A DNA stretch of 64,000 nucleotides, taken from the IMG/VR virus record IMGVR_UViG_3300040801_001810, positions 1 through 64,000 of that record, one strand, 5' to 3'. This document shows, one piece after another, positions 1-8,826 of the stretch. The position numbers and the translations under genes are program-made. Within the stretch, counting starts at the first letter, position 1, and each line of letters opens with the position of its first letter. This stretch comes from a virus (Duplodnaviria > Heunggongvirae > Uroviricota > Caudoviricetes). The notes beneath the pieces are model-generated. The model ran no database searches, had not been told where the DNA came from, and saw only the letters and a program-made list of their open reading frames with translations.

Positions 1-23
1 ACGAACCAACAGCCAATTCATTT

Positions 24-188
24 TAGTAGCACTGCTCCAACCATGGAAAGGGTGCCAGAGTTAGCATCTACGGATAGCTACCGAGATAGATAAAGATTCT
101 GCCTAGTTCTTGAAATCCATCAGTATATATGTCAGAGTAGCTGTACGCATATATTAACTGCAAAGCGATGCACCTAGGAGTGCTACTA
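24..188 (+). ncRNA. candidate structured RNA (multi-stem, family unknown)
   Basis: TAGTAGCACT(24-33)/AGTGCTACTA(179-188) closing stem, GGTGC/GCACC inner stem, long hairpins at ~56-101 and ~121-160. Confidence 0.4.
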
Positions 189-194
189 TCTATT

Positions 195-548
195 ATGAAT
201 AAAGTAAATTTAAGATCAGAAAAAGTAAAAACTACAGAATACACATCACGTCCACTAGGGCCAGTAGTTTTATTAGTAGGAATAGTTGATGACTATGGCC
301 TTGATCAATTAAAGCATTATGATAATTTAGCTAATGAAGAAATATCATTACATTGGGGACCTATGGGTATGAGATGTAGAATGAATACTCATAGAAATGC
401 CAGACGATTTACAGCTATGATTAAGAAAAAGTTCTGTCCTAAATTCCCATTAGATTTAAGATCAAATGAATCAGCAATGAAATGGTATAAGACTTTAAAA
501 AGCACATCAGTTAAGTGGGTAGAAGATGGCGATGATGACGACAATTAA
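195..548 (+). CDS. hypothetical protein
   Basis: ORF track 168..548; ATG at 195 (MNKVNLR) downstream of AGGAG is the more likely start. Confidence 0.55.
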   Translation: MNKVNLRSEKVKTTEYTSRPLGPVVLLVGIVDDYGLDQLKHYDNLANEEISLHWGPMGMRCRMNTHRNARRFTAMIKKKFCPKFPLDLRSNESAMKWYKTLKSTSVKWVEDGDDDDN

Positions 549-710
549 TAGCGTAGCATTTGATTGCTTTAGATCAAGTACTATTTATCATACAGAATTC
601 GTAGAAGATATTCCAGTTGATTTTTTTAGTAAATCTCGATATTTTACTAATAAATTCGACTATTTTCATAAAACAATATACGAAGATAATTTTCATTGTT
701 AGGAGATAAA

Positions 711-986
711 ATGAGAGTATTAAATAAAAAAGTGCTTCTATTGCCAATTGAAGTAAAAAATATGACTGCTGGTGGTCTTCACATACCAGAAGCAGCCAAA
801 GAGCGCCCAGTTAAAGGAATTATTAAAGCAGTAGCTGCTGATTGTGAATGTTTATCAGAAGTAACTGATCTAGAAAAAATAGCAATGTATGGTAAATTTT
901 CTGGTACTGAAATAGAACTTGAAGAAGGCGAAGACAAAGTAAAATATATTCTAATTGCTGAAAAAGATTTACTAGGTCTTTTGTAA
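711..986 (+). CDS. groES: co-chaperonin GroES
   Basis: TAGGLHIPEAAKERP mobile loop, YGKFSGTEI, EKDLLG; RBS AGGAG at 701. Confidence 0.92.
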   Translation: MRVLNKKVLLLPIEVKNMTAGGLHIPEAAKERPVKGIIKAVAADCECLSEVTDLEKIAMYGKFSGTEIELEEGEDKVKYILIAEKDLLGLL

Positions 987-1009
987 TATTTACTTATACT
1001 AACATTCAT

Positions 1010-1096
1010 GCGGGTGTAGCCGAATTGGTATAGGCGGTGGTCTTAGAAACCACTGGCCGTAAGGCCGTAGAGGTTCGAGTCCTCTCACCCGCACCA
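1010..1096 (+). tRNA. tRNA-Leu(TAG)
   Basis: GCGGGTG/CACCCGC acceptor, GTGGT-CTTAGAA-ACCAC, long variable arm, GTTCGA, CCA. Confidence 0.95.
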
Positions 1097-1101
1097 TTTA
1101 T

Positions 1102-1125
1102 GGCCAGGTGGTGGAATTGGTAGAC
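1102..1125 (+). pseudogene. 5' fragment of a tRNA-Leu-like gene
   Basis: GGCCAGG-TGGTGGAATTGGTAGAC (acceptor 5' strand plus D arm) ends abruptly; 18 bp identical to 1526-1543. Confidence 0.75.
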
Positions 1126-1152
1126 CTTTTACTTGTGTCTACGTAGTATACT

Positions 1153-1176
1153 ATAGATAACCAAGGGGTTATCTAT
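1153..1176 (+). promoter_or_regulatory. hairpin overlapping the RBS of the HNH gene
   Basis: perfect 10-bp inverted repeat ATAGATAACC-AAGG-GGTTATCTAT ending 1 nt before ATG 1178. Confidence 0.65.
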
Positions 1177-1177
1177 T

Positions 1178-1609
1178 ATGCGAAAGACATCAAGTAAGAA
1201 GGAAAGGATATGTATATCCTGTAATAAACCATTCAATCAAAACTCTAGAAATAAAGAGTGTTCAACCTGTAGATCAAAGAAAAGAAGAAATAAAAGAAAG
1301 CAACTTTTAGTCAATTATAAAGGTGGTAAATGCGAGATATGTAAGTTTGATAAATATCTTGCATCTTTGTGCTTTCATCATATAAACGAAAAAGAAAAAG
1401 AATTTGAAATAGGCGACAGTTGTAGATTTAATTTAGAAAAACTTAAAAAAGAAGTAGATAAGTGTGCACTATTATGTGCAAACTGTCATCAAGCAATACA
1501 CTCAAACGAATTAGAATATGCGGACGTGGTGGAATTGGTAGACACAACAGGTTTAAGCCCTGTTGGGAGTATTCCCGTGGGAGTTCAAGTCTCCCCGTCC
1601 GTACTTTAA
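1178..1609 (+). CDS. HNH endonuclease with N-terminal Zn finger (homing-type)
   Basis: CxxC...CxxC; YKGGKCEIC, LCFHH, LLCANCHQAIH. Confidence 0.85.
   Translation: MRKTSSKKERICISCNKPFNQNSRNKECSTCRSKKRRNKRKQLLVNYKGGKCEICKFDKYLASLCFHHINEKEKEFEIGDSCRFNLEKLKKEVDKCALLCANCHQAIHSNELEYADVVELVDTTGLSPVGSIPVGVQVSPSVL
1520..1603 (+). tRNA. tRNA-Leu(TAA)
   Basis: GCGGACG/CGTCCGT, ACAGG-TTTAAGC-CCTGT, long variable arm, GTTCAAG; no encoded CCA; lies inside the 3' end of the HNH ORF. Confidence 0.9.
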
Positions 1610-1819
1610 TATTATGACTAGAAAATCAAAATTAATAGACTTTAATGAATTTGAAAAACGATTTCCCAAAGTAAAAAAGTCAAAAAAAGAACGTAAAAAA
1701 GAAGCTAAAGAAGCAAAAAGAAGAAAAAGAAACGATATTTGGACAAAAGGCACACGACTGTCTGGAGCAGGATTTTCAAAACAATAATTTAATTATTACT
1801 CTTTTCTCTGTGAAAAAAT

Positions 1820-2365
1820 ATGATAACAACTAGATCAGAATTATTATGCACCCCAGATTTAGACTACGAAACTAGAGTTCAAATAAATAACATTTTAGAT
1901 AGACATAACGTAAAAGAACTTGACAACGTAGTTACAGATTTATTATATTATTTCATGAATGAGTATCATATGGCTCCTAGATTAGACGCTATAGAAGATG
2001 AATTAGAATCGTTATCTAGAAGAATAGATACTAATTATATGAATCTAGTTGATGATGTATCAGATGAAACTACTTCAAGACTAAGAGAACGACTTGAAAT
2101 AACAGAAAAACATATTAAAAATATAGGTGATACTGGTCGTCTTTTAGATGATATGGAAACAATTTATAATAATATAAATAACACTAGAAATTCTATTAAA
2201 TCTTATGTTACTAAACTTCAAGGAATAACAGAAAATTTATTAGAATATATGTCATCAAAGAAAAATTTAAATATTAGAAGAGATAACGATAAAGAGGAAA
2301 TTATTCCTCAAAAAATTATATTAAAACTTAGACAAGCAAATGAAGACTTAGATTGGACAAAATAG
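1820..2365 (+). CDS. hypothetical coiled-coil protein
   Basis: 181-aa ORF, heptad-like helical composition. Confidence 0.6.
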   Translation: MITTRSELLCTPDLDYETRVQINNILDRHNVKELDNVVTDLLYYFMNEYHMAPRLDAIEDELESLSRRIDTNYMNLVDDVSDETTSRLRERLEITEKHIKNIGDTGRLLDDMETIYNNINNTRNSIKSYVTKLQGITENLLEYMSSKKNLNIRRDNDKEEIIPQKIILKLRQANEDLDWTK

Positions 2366-2366
2366 T

Positions 2367-3080
2367 ATGAACTTAAGAAAAGATAAAAGAAGTCTACATG
2401 TCGCAGTGGCATTAGACAAAAGTGGAAGTATGGGTGATATTCAAAAAGCTATGTTAACAGAGCTTAATGAGAATATCCAAGATCTAAGATCAAAGGCAGA
2501 TAAACTAGATATTACATTTAGTATGGTTCAATTTAGTGGACATGATAGTATTACTGTAACACATAAGGCTGTTCCTATTACTGAAGTTAAAGATCTTACT
2601 ATGGATGATTATGTTGTTGAAGGTCTCACAGCTATGTATGACGGCGTTGCAACAGCATTGAATACAGTAAAGAACAATACAGTAGATGAAGAAAATACTA
2701 CTTATATGGCTATTATCATTAGTGATGGTGCCGAGAATAACTCAAAAGAATATGATAGTGAAAAAGTATCTGCAATGATTAAAGAAAGACAAGATAGCAA
2801 AAAATGGACTGTAATTTATCTGGGCGCAGATCATGATCTAACGCAAGTACAGCAAAACCTTGGTCTTAATGCTGGTAATATGGCTTACTTTAATAAGAGC
2901 GATCAGGGAATGCTTCGAATGAGCAGTGCGACTAGATCATCAAGAACTACTTATTTAGATAATTTATCTACTGGAGGAATGGTAGGACAATCAGTTAATT
3001 ATTTCTCTGATGGAAGTGATGCTGGTATTGTAAATCTTTCAGAAGATGATGTAACATCTGATAACAGCCCTATAATATAA
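2367..3080 (+). CDS. von Willebrand factor A (vWA) domain protein
   Basis: MIDAS LDKSGSM, GLTAMYDGV, IIISDGAEN, YLGA. Confidence 0.88.
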   Translation: MNLRKDKRSLHVAVALDKSGSMGDIQKAMLTELNENIQDLRSKADKLDITFSMVQFSGHDSITVTHKAVPITEVKDLTMDDYVVEGLTAMYDGVATALNTVKNNTVDEENTTYMAIIISDGAENNSKEYDSEKVSAMIKERQDSKKWTVIYLGADHDLTQVQQNLGLNAGNMAYFNKSDQGMLRMSSATRSSRTTYLDNLSTGGMVGQSVNYFSDGSDAGIVNLSEDDVTSDNSPII

Positions 3081-3089
3081 GTGAATTAC

Positions 3090-3164
3090 TGCGGGGTGGA
3101 GCAGTCTGGTCAGCTCGCCAGCCTCATAAGCTGGAGGTCGCACGTTCGAATCGTGCCCCCGCAA
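3090..3164 (+). tRNA. tRNA-Met(CAT), initiator-like body
   Basis: TGCGGGGTGGAGCAG...CCCCGCAA, A11:U24 D stem, CTCATAA loop; anticodon stem CCAGC/GCTGG. Confidence 0.88.
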
Positions 3165-3190
3165 TTTAACTTCTTTAAAATCAATAACTT

Positions 3191-3568
3191 ATGCCTATAA
3201 AAGATCCAGAAAAAAGAAAAGAATATGCACGACTTTGGGTAAAGAAAAGAAGAGATGAATTTTTCTCTGATAAACAATGTCTAAAATGTGAATCAAAAGA
3301 GAATTTAGTTTTACATCATAGAGACCCTTCTGAAAAAGAACATCATTGTATTTGGAGTTGGTCAAAGATAAGACGAGATATTGAAATAGCTAAGTGTGAT
3401 GTATTATGTAATGATTGCCATATAGATTATCATGCTGATCTTTTACGAAAAGAAATCATTCATGGAAATTATAATGATTATAAAACCAGAGGATGTCGTT
3501 GTAATAAATGTAGAGAAGCAGTAAGAATATATCAAAAAGAATACAGAACACGAAATATGGCGATGTAG
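3191..3568 (+). CDS. HNH endonuclease
   Basis: CLKC, LHHRD, KCDVLCNDCH, C-terminal HG...GCRCNKC. Confidence 0.85.
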   Translation: MPIKDPEKRKEYARLWVKKRRDEFFSDKQCLKCESKENLVLHHRDPSEKEHHCIWSWSKIRRDIEIAKCDVLCNDCHIDYHADLLRKEIIHGNYNDYKTRGCRCNKCREAVRIYQKEYRTRNMAM

Positions 3569-3635
3569 CCCAGTTGATTAGAGCGTCGGACTCATATTCC
3601 GAAGGTCGTGAGTTTAAGTCTCACCATCGCCACCA
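3559..3635 (+). tRNA. tRNA-Met(CAT), elongator-like
   Basis: GGCGATG/CATCGCC, TCGGA-CTCATAT-TCCGA, CCA. Confidence 0.88.
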
Positions 3636-3657
3636 GAATTATACAAGGAGTATATAA

Positions 3658-3819
3658 ATGCCTAGAAGAGACGGAACAGGACCTGACGGTCAAGGACCAA
3701 GAACAGGTGGAGGAAAAGGAAATTGTCCTCCAAATAAAACAACTAATCAACAAGCACCAGGTCAAGGACCAAGAGACGGAAGAGGTCGTGGACAAGGTAG
3801 AAGATGTAGAGCGTGGTAA
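3658..3819 (+). CDS. DUF5320-like Gly/Arg-rich small protein (53 aa)
   Basis: AAGGAG RBS; MPRRDGTGPDGQGPRTGGGKGNC...RGRGQGRRCRAW; different frame from track ORF 3608..3829. Confidence 0.75.
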   Translation: MPRRDGTGPDGQGPRTGGGKGNCPPNKTTNQQAPGQGPRDGRGRGQGRRCRAW

Positions 3820-3829
3820 TTATCAATAA

Positions 3830-3906
3830 GGGACTGTAGTTCAGATGGTCAGAGCGCCTGTCTGATAAGCAGGAGATCGCTGGTTCAAGTCCAGCCAGTC
3901 CCACCA
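3830..3906 (+). tRNA. tRNA-Ile(GAT)
   Basis: GGGACTG/CAGTCCC, CCTGT-CTGATAA-GCAGG, CCA. Confidence 0.95.
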
Positions 3907-3964
3907 TTTAACGGACCGCACGCTACCCTTCCATGCGGAATATAAATAAAAAGAGTGGGACTTT

Positions 3965-3989
3965 GGACATCTTCGGGTGTCCTTTTTTT
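3965..3989 (+). terminator. intrinsic terminator
   Basis: GGACATC-TTCG-GGTGTCC followed by T7. Confidence 0.88.
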
Positions 3990-4001
3990 ATGGAGAAAAT
4001 A

Positions 4002-4265
4002 ATGTTAACATTTCTAATTATTATACTTATATTAACAGCTATTAATTATATTACTCAAATATGGGTAGCTATTTATTATATTAGTCTTGTTAAAGACTAT
4101 AAAAACGGAGTAGGATACATGTATTCTTCTGTAAGAGAAAAAATGAGTAAGAATGCTCATTGGGCGCAGAATAAACAAAATATTAAGAATCTTATGATTC
4201 CTTGGGGTATTTTAATTATAGGATATAATTTATTAAAACAAGGTGTTAATGGAATATATGAATAA
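4002..4265 (+). CDS. small membrane protein
   Basis: GGAG RBS; two hydrophobic segments; start corrected from 3933. Confidence 0.55.
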   Translation: MLTFLIIILILTAINYITQIWVAIYYISLVKDYKNGVGYMYSSVREKMSKNAHWAQNKQNIKNLMIPWGILIIGYNLLKQGVNGIYE

Positions 4266-4512
4266 ACCAAATTGTTGTAAATGTGTTCATCATAAAACTA
4301 TACCAGGAGATGCTCATTTTAGTTGTGTTAATATTAAAGCTACTGTAGTTGGAAATAAAAGTGGAATTAAAAATGGTTGGTTTAAATGGCCATTTAATTT
4401 TGATCCTATTTGGCTAATATCCTGTGATGGATTTAGTGATAACCCAAAAAAGAAAATTAAATTTAATAAAGAACAATCATCATTAATGACAATAATGTCC
4501 TTATTATCATGA
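4243..4512 (+). CDS. hypothetical Cys-rich phage protein
   Basis: CCKC...PGDAHFSC...GWFKWPFNFDPIWLISCDGF. Confidence 0.6.
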   Translation: MLMEYMNKPNCCKCVHHKTIPGDAHFSCVNIKATVVGNKSGIKNGWFKWPFNFDPIWLISCDGFSDNPKKKIKFNKEQSSLMTIMSLLS

Positions 4513-5005
4513 TCAATTTAAGAAATAATAAAATTGCTCCTGAAGATATATGCACTAATGTATATATGCATATTATTATAGATGATGGATGCTATGGAAA
4601 ATGTATGTATTGTGGCAAACTTAAAGAACATATAGATAGAGATATAGAATCTTTAATAATTAAAGATAGAATTATAGCAAAACGCAAAGGAAGAATTCCG
4701 AAAAAACTACTACAATTACGGAAATAAAATGAGTTATATAATTAGAAAAACTACCGTTAAAGAATATGAAATTAAACAACTTTGTATTAATTTTGTTAAA
4801 GACATTGATAATTATATAAAAATAAGAGAAAAATTCAAAAGAAAGATGACCTCTTGCTTTAACTGTAGAAGACATTTTTCTTCAGAAGAAGATGACGGTA
4901 TATCATTAGCTATTACATCTAAAGGTAACATAGTGTTGTGTAATAAATGTGCTGAAGAGATATATGAACAAAACGACGGATCTGTCGAAATAATAAGGAA
5001 ATAAA

Positions 5006-6160
5006 ATGAAAAAAGAAACATTCGGACCACTATATGCACAAGCATCAACAGGTAAAATTAAAAAGTGGGAAATATTAATTGTAGAAGACGATATTGTTAC
5101 AATGAGCACTATAGCTGGTTACGTTGATGGAAAAGCAACCACTTCAAATCCTAAAGAAATTAAAGGAAAGAATATTGGTAAAGCTAATGAAACTACACCA
5201 TGGGAACAAGCTGTAAGTGAAGCCCAATCAAAAATGACTAAAAAGCAAGATGAGGGTTATGTTGAAAATATAGACGATGTTGGTAAGGAAGAATTAGTAT
5301 TACCAATGTTAGCACATACTTATGCTAAGCGCAAGCATGATATTGAATGGCCAGCATACGTACAACCTAAGTTAAATGGAGTTAGATGTATTGCTCGTAT
5401 GACTGAGGATGATCCTGAATATATATCCAGAAAAGGTAAACAATATACTACACTTGATCATCTAAACAAAGAAGTAGAACAATTAATATGTGAAATTGGA
5501 CACCCATTAGATGGTGAAATTTTTAATCCAGACTGGACATTTCAAGAAATAATAAGAGCTGTTAAAAAAGACAGAGGAGAAAAGACAGATAAACTACAAT
5601 ATTGGATATATGATGTAGTAGATATTAATCATACATTTGAAGAAAGAATTTCTATACTATCAGATGAATTTATATTGAAAAAAGGATATTTTAAACCAGG
5701 AGAATTAATACAAATAGAAAATATAGTATTGGTACAAACAGTATTAGTAAATTCTGAAGAAGAAATGATGCAACTTCATAAAAAATGGATTAATGAAGGA
5801 TTTGAAGGAACTATAGTTAGAAACAAAAAAGGAAAGTATATTCTTAAGAATAGATCTAAGGATCTTCAAAAATATAAAGATTTCCTTGATGATGAATTCC
5901 TAATAGTTGGTGGAGAAGAAGCTACTGGTAACGATGCGGGAACCATAGTATTTACTTGCAGATCAAAAGCACCAATTGGATTATTTGAGGATCCTAAGAC
6001 ATTTAAAGTTAGACCTAAGGGTTCTCGAGAAACAAGAACTAGATGGTTGCAAGATAAAGAAAATATTATTGGTAAGTATTTAACAGTAAGATATCAAGAA
6101 TTAAGCGAAGAAGGAACCCCTATATTTCCTGTAGGCTTAGCAATAAGAGACTATGAATAA
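5006..6160 (+). CDS. lig: ATP-dependent DNA ligase
   Basis: PMLA, QPKLNGVRC (KxNG), LDGEIF, YDV, EGTIVRN, LQKYK, TVRYQELS..P.FP. Confidence 0.93.
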   Translation: MKKETFGPLYAQASTGKIKKWEILIVEDDIVTMSTIAGYVDGKATTSNPKEIKGKNIGKANETTPWEQAVSEAQSKMTKKQDEGYVENIDDVGKEELVLPMLAHTYAKRKHDIEWPAYVQPKLNGVRCIARMTEDDPEYISRKGKQYTTLDHLNKEVEQLICEIGHPLDGEIFNPDWTFQEIIRAVKKDRGEKTDKLQYWIYDVVDINHTFEERISILSDEFILKKGYFKPGELIQIENIVLVQTVLVNSEEEMMQLHKKWINEGFEGTIVRNKKGKYILKNRSKDLQKYKDFLDDEFLIVGGEEATGNDAGTIVFTCRSKAPIGLFEDPKTFKVRPKGSRETRTRWLQDKENIIGKYLTVRYQELSEEGTPIFPVGLAIRDYE

Positions 6161-6497
6161 GCCAACCTTATATGTAAAAGTAGGAAGACGTTATGTTCCT
6201 TGGGGTATATATGATAATGGTATTCCAATACATCAAGGGTTATATATAGTAAAACATAGAAAAAATCATTCATCTATGGAACGGATAGAATTACGAGATG
6301 AAGAAGATCTAATTCCAGAAGATATAATTGATCGTTATGCATTAGAAGAGAAAATATTAGAAATAGTATTAGCACTAGATAAAGAGAAATCGTTTACTTG
6401 GAAAGAAGTAGCAAGAAACATAGCATATAAACTAATACCTGCTGGTAAAAAGAAAAAGAAACAAATAAAATTAAAAATAAGGAACCTCAATGGATAA
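6153..6497 (+). CDS. hypothetical protein
   Basis: ORF overlapping the ligase stop; translationally coupled layout. Confidence 0.55.
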   Translation: MNKPTLYVKVGRRYVPWGIYDNGIPIHQGLYIVKHRKNHSSMERIELRDEEDLIPEDIIDRYALEEKILEIVLALDKEKSFTWKEVARNIAYKLIPAGKKKKKQIKLKIRNLNG

Positions 6498-7144
6498 GAT
6501 TAAATTAGCTACAATTACAAGAGTAACTGAAGATAAAGAATATAAAGAAGTTAGAATGGAAGATCTTAAAAAAAATGATCTATTCATTATGGAAAATGAT
6601 AGTGGAGAATTAACTTCTGTTGATAAAGATGGTCAATTTATTTTAAAAGCCGTTGCTGATGCAGAGATTCCTATATATAAAAATGTAAACTCAATAAAGT
6701 GTGGATATTATGCCTAAAAAATATGAATATGTAGAGCTAGATTTTACAAATGAAGAATTAGTAGAATTAGCTACTTTAGCCCATGAGGAAGATATTACTT
6801 TAAATCAGTTATGTAATAAACTACTAATGAGAGGACTTGGTTCACTTATGAAAAAGAAATATAAAGTTGCTCTTTTATATGAAGCACAACGACTTCAACA
6901 AGTTAATAAATTAGAAGATTTAGGATTAAATCTTTTTGATGATAACTGTTGGGGAGACTATGTTATATTTTATATTGTTCTTGATAAGTTAGGAATCCCA
7001 AAAGACAAAAATTACCCACGAGATGATTATAATAATGTATATTATAATATATGGTCAGAACCAAATAAGATAACTATGGATACCATAGATGAACTAATCA
7101 ATGATTGTATTGAAATTCATATGAATGGAATTGAAGAGGAATAA

Positions 7145-7552
7145 ATGTCACATTATAACAAAATTAAGACACAAATTAAAAATAGAAACAATCTAGTAAA
7201 AGCTCTGTGTAAGATGGGATTTACAGAAGACCAGATTCGTGTATGCGATACAGCAGAACATCTAGAAGGATACGAAGGAAGAAAACGTCCTGAAACAGCT
7301 AATGTTATTATTCCTCGTAAATATGTTGGTGGAGCAGCTAATGATATTGGTTGGAAGCTAGGTGAAGATGGGACCTATGAAGCTATCATATCAGATTATG
7401 ATAAACGTAAGTATAATACTGCTTGGTGTGGTAAGATGGAAACCCATTATGGAATTGAACAGTCAAAAGAGGCTTTTACCATGAATGGTTGGAGTTATTC
7501 AGAACAAGTAACCGAAGAAGGCGAAGTTCAGCTGATTGGAGTAATGTACTAA
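7145..7552 (+). CDS. DUF1257 (Ycf35-like) protein, copy 1
   Basis: MSHYNKIKTQIKN..LVKAL..MGF, DIGW, YEAIISDYD. Confidence 0.8.
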   Translation: MSHYNKIKTQIKNRNNLVKALCKMGFTEDQIRVCDTAEHLEGYEGRKRPETANVIIPRKYVGGAANDIGWKLGEDGTYEAIISDYDKRKYNTAWCGKMETHYGIEQSKEAFTMNGWSYSEQVTEEGEVQLIGVMY

Positions 7553-7752
7553 TGAAAAAGATAACACTTACCTTTAAATGGGACGGAAAGACAGTTGAAA
7601 AAGATGTAGAAGGTTTTGAAGGCGGGGGATGTATTACAGCTACTGACTTTATTAACAAAGCACTTGGTTCAACTGAAGAAGAACAAATGAAGCCATCATA
7701 TTATCTTCCAAATCCAGAAGGATTAGACGTTCAAGCAAAAGTGTATAACTAA
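7552..7752 (+). CDS. DUF2997 protein, copy 1
   Basis: DGK..VEGFEGGGCITAT....ALG....KPSYY; coupled to DUF1257 by TAATG. Confidence 0.78.
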   Translation: MKKITLTFKWDGKTVEKDVEGFEGGGCITATDFINKALGSTEEEQMKPSYYLPNPEGLDVQAKVYN

Positions 7753-7753
7753 G

Positions 7754-8365
7754 ATGAAACGTAATGACAAGTTTTATAGAGAAAAAAAATTAAGGAAAGA
7801 TATTAAAGAGTACGACGAACTTTCTAATAAGAAAAGAAAACCTGAAAAAAGATTTTTAGGGTGGAAGAGAAGAAAGAAAGTTAATAGTGCTGGTAAAAAA
7901 CTTGCAGTTGGCCAAGATCTAGAATTACTTGTTAATACAATTGGAGTTTGGCAAATAAGCGATATTAAAGGAAATTGGCGCTGTCAAGATGAATGGTTTA
8001 AACCAATTTCTCATGAACAGTATAAACAGCTTCCAGCTAATATCCAGTATTTATTAGAATGTGACAGAGAAAAAGAGTATTCTCTTTTACTTTCTAATGA
8101 TAAATCGACCGCAAAATGGTTCATAGCCAGAAGGTATGAAAAGTATCTCTATATAAAAGTTAAAAGAAATATTAGAAAAACTAGATATAGAGGGTGGACA
8201 CTTCAATATGAACCAGATGAAATAAAACTTAGAGATAAACTTTTGGCACAAGCAGCTTGGGTTAAAATTTTCGGTGATTATAATAGTTATTGGGACGAAG
8301 AATATCATAAACGCAAGAAAAAGATATTAGAAAAAGAAATAAATAGAGAATTAGACTTGGAATAA
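7754..8365 (+). CDS. hypothetical basic protein
   Basis: 203-aa ORF, Lys/Arg-rich. Confidence 0.55.
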   Translation: MKRNDKFYREKKLRKDIKEYDELSNKKRKPEKRFLGWKRRKKVNSAGKKLAVGQDLELLVNTIGVWQISDIKGNWRCQDEWFKPISHEQYKQLPANIQYLLECDREKEYSLLLSNDKSTAKWFIARRYEKYLYIKVKRNIRKTRYRGWTLQYEPDEIKLRDKLLAQAAWVKIFGDYNSYWDEEYHKRKKKILEKEINRELDLE

Positions 8366-8367
8366 TC

Positions 8368-8781
8368 ATGACTACATTTAAGATATTAAAAGAACCAGTT
8401 AAACCTGTTAAACGATCAGCTATTAAACGCACTACGTTATATGATGATTTTTATATTAAGGATGTCATTAAGACAATTACTGACAATGACGGAGATATTA
8501 ATACTGCATTTGTATCATGTAGTAAAGATTACGACGATGACATTGAAATAGAATTGACATATCGTCATGGATCAGAAGAAGAATATAATCAACAAATGGC
8601 TGAATATAAATTAAAGCTTGCTGATTATAGAAAATGGAAAAAAGAAAATAAATATCAGATCCAAGAAGAATTAAGAAGAAGAAAATATCTACGAGAGAAG
8701 AGAAAAATAGAAAAATTAGAACGAGAAAAACAGAAATTAATAGAAAAATTAAAGAAGTTAGATAATAAACTTGACTTTTAA
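8368..8781 (+). CDS. hypothetical protein with C-terminal coiled coil
   Basis: 137-aa ORF. Confidence 0.55.
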   Translation: MTTFKILKEPVKPVKRSAIKRTTLYDDFYIKDVIKTITDNDGDINTAFVSCSKDYDDDIEIELTYRHGSEEEYNQQMAEYKLKLADYRKWKKENKYQIQEELRRRKYLREKRKIEKLEREKQKLIEKLKKLDNKLDF

Positions 8782-8799
8782 CTGACATTGACGTATATT
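8771..8799 (+). promoter_or_regulatory. sigma70-type promoter
   Basis: TTGACT-N17-TATATT upstream of tRNA-Asn. Confidence 0.8.
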
Positions 8800-8826
8800 A
8801 TAATTAGTCCTGCCTATTTAATTTAC

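Noticed and set aside
1102-1125. Split or intron-containing tRNA joining the stub to a downstream half
   Set aside because: No matching CCTGGCC 3' half nearby, the downstream tRNA is complete on its own, and no group I intron core was seen.
3170-3181. Second boxA-like sequence CTTCTTTAAAA after the initiator tRNA
   Set aside because: Weak match in AT-rich sequence with no supporting context.
3608-3829. Track ORF of 73 aa
   Set aside because: Starts inside tRNA-Met; the 3658..3819 frame has a proper RBS and a recognisable motif.
3916-3960. preQ1-I riboswitch
   Set aside because: Similar topology but lacks the conserved loop and tail nucleotides, and no queuosine gene follows.
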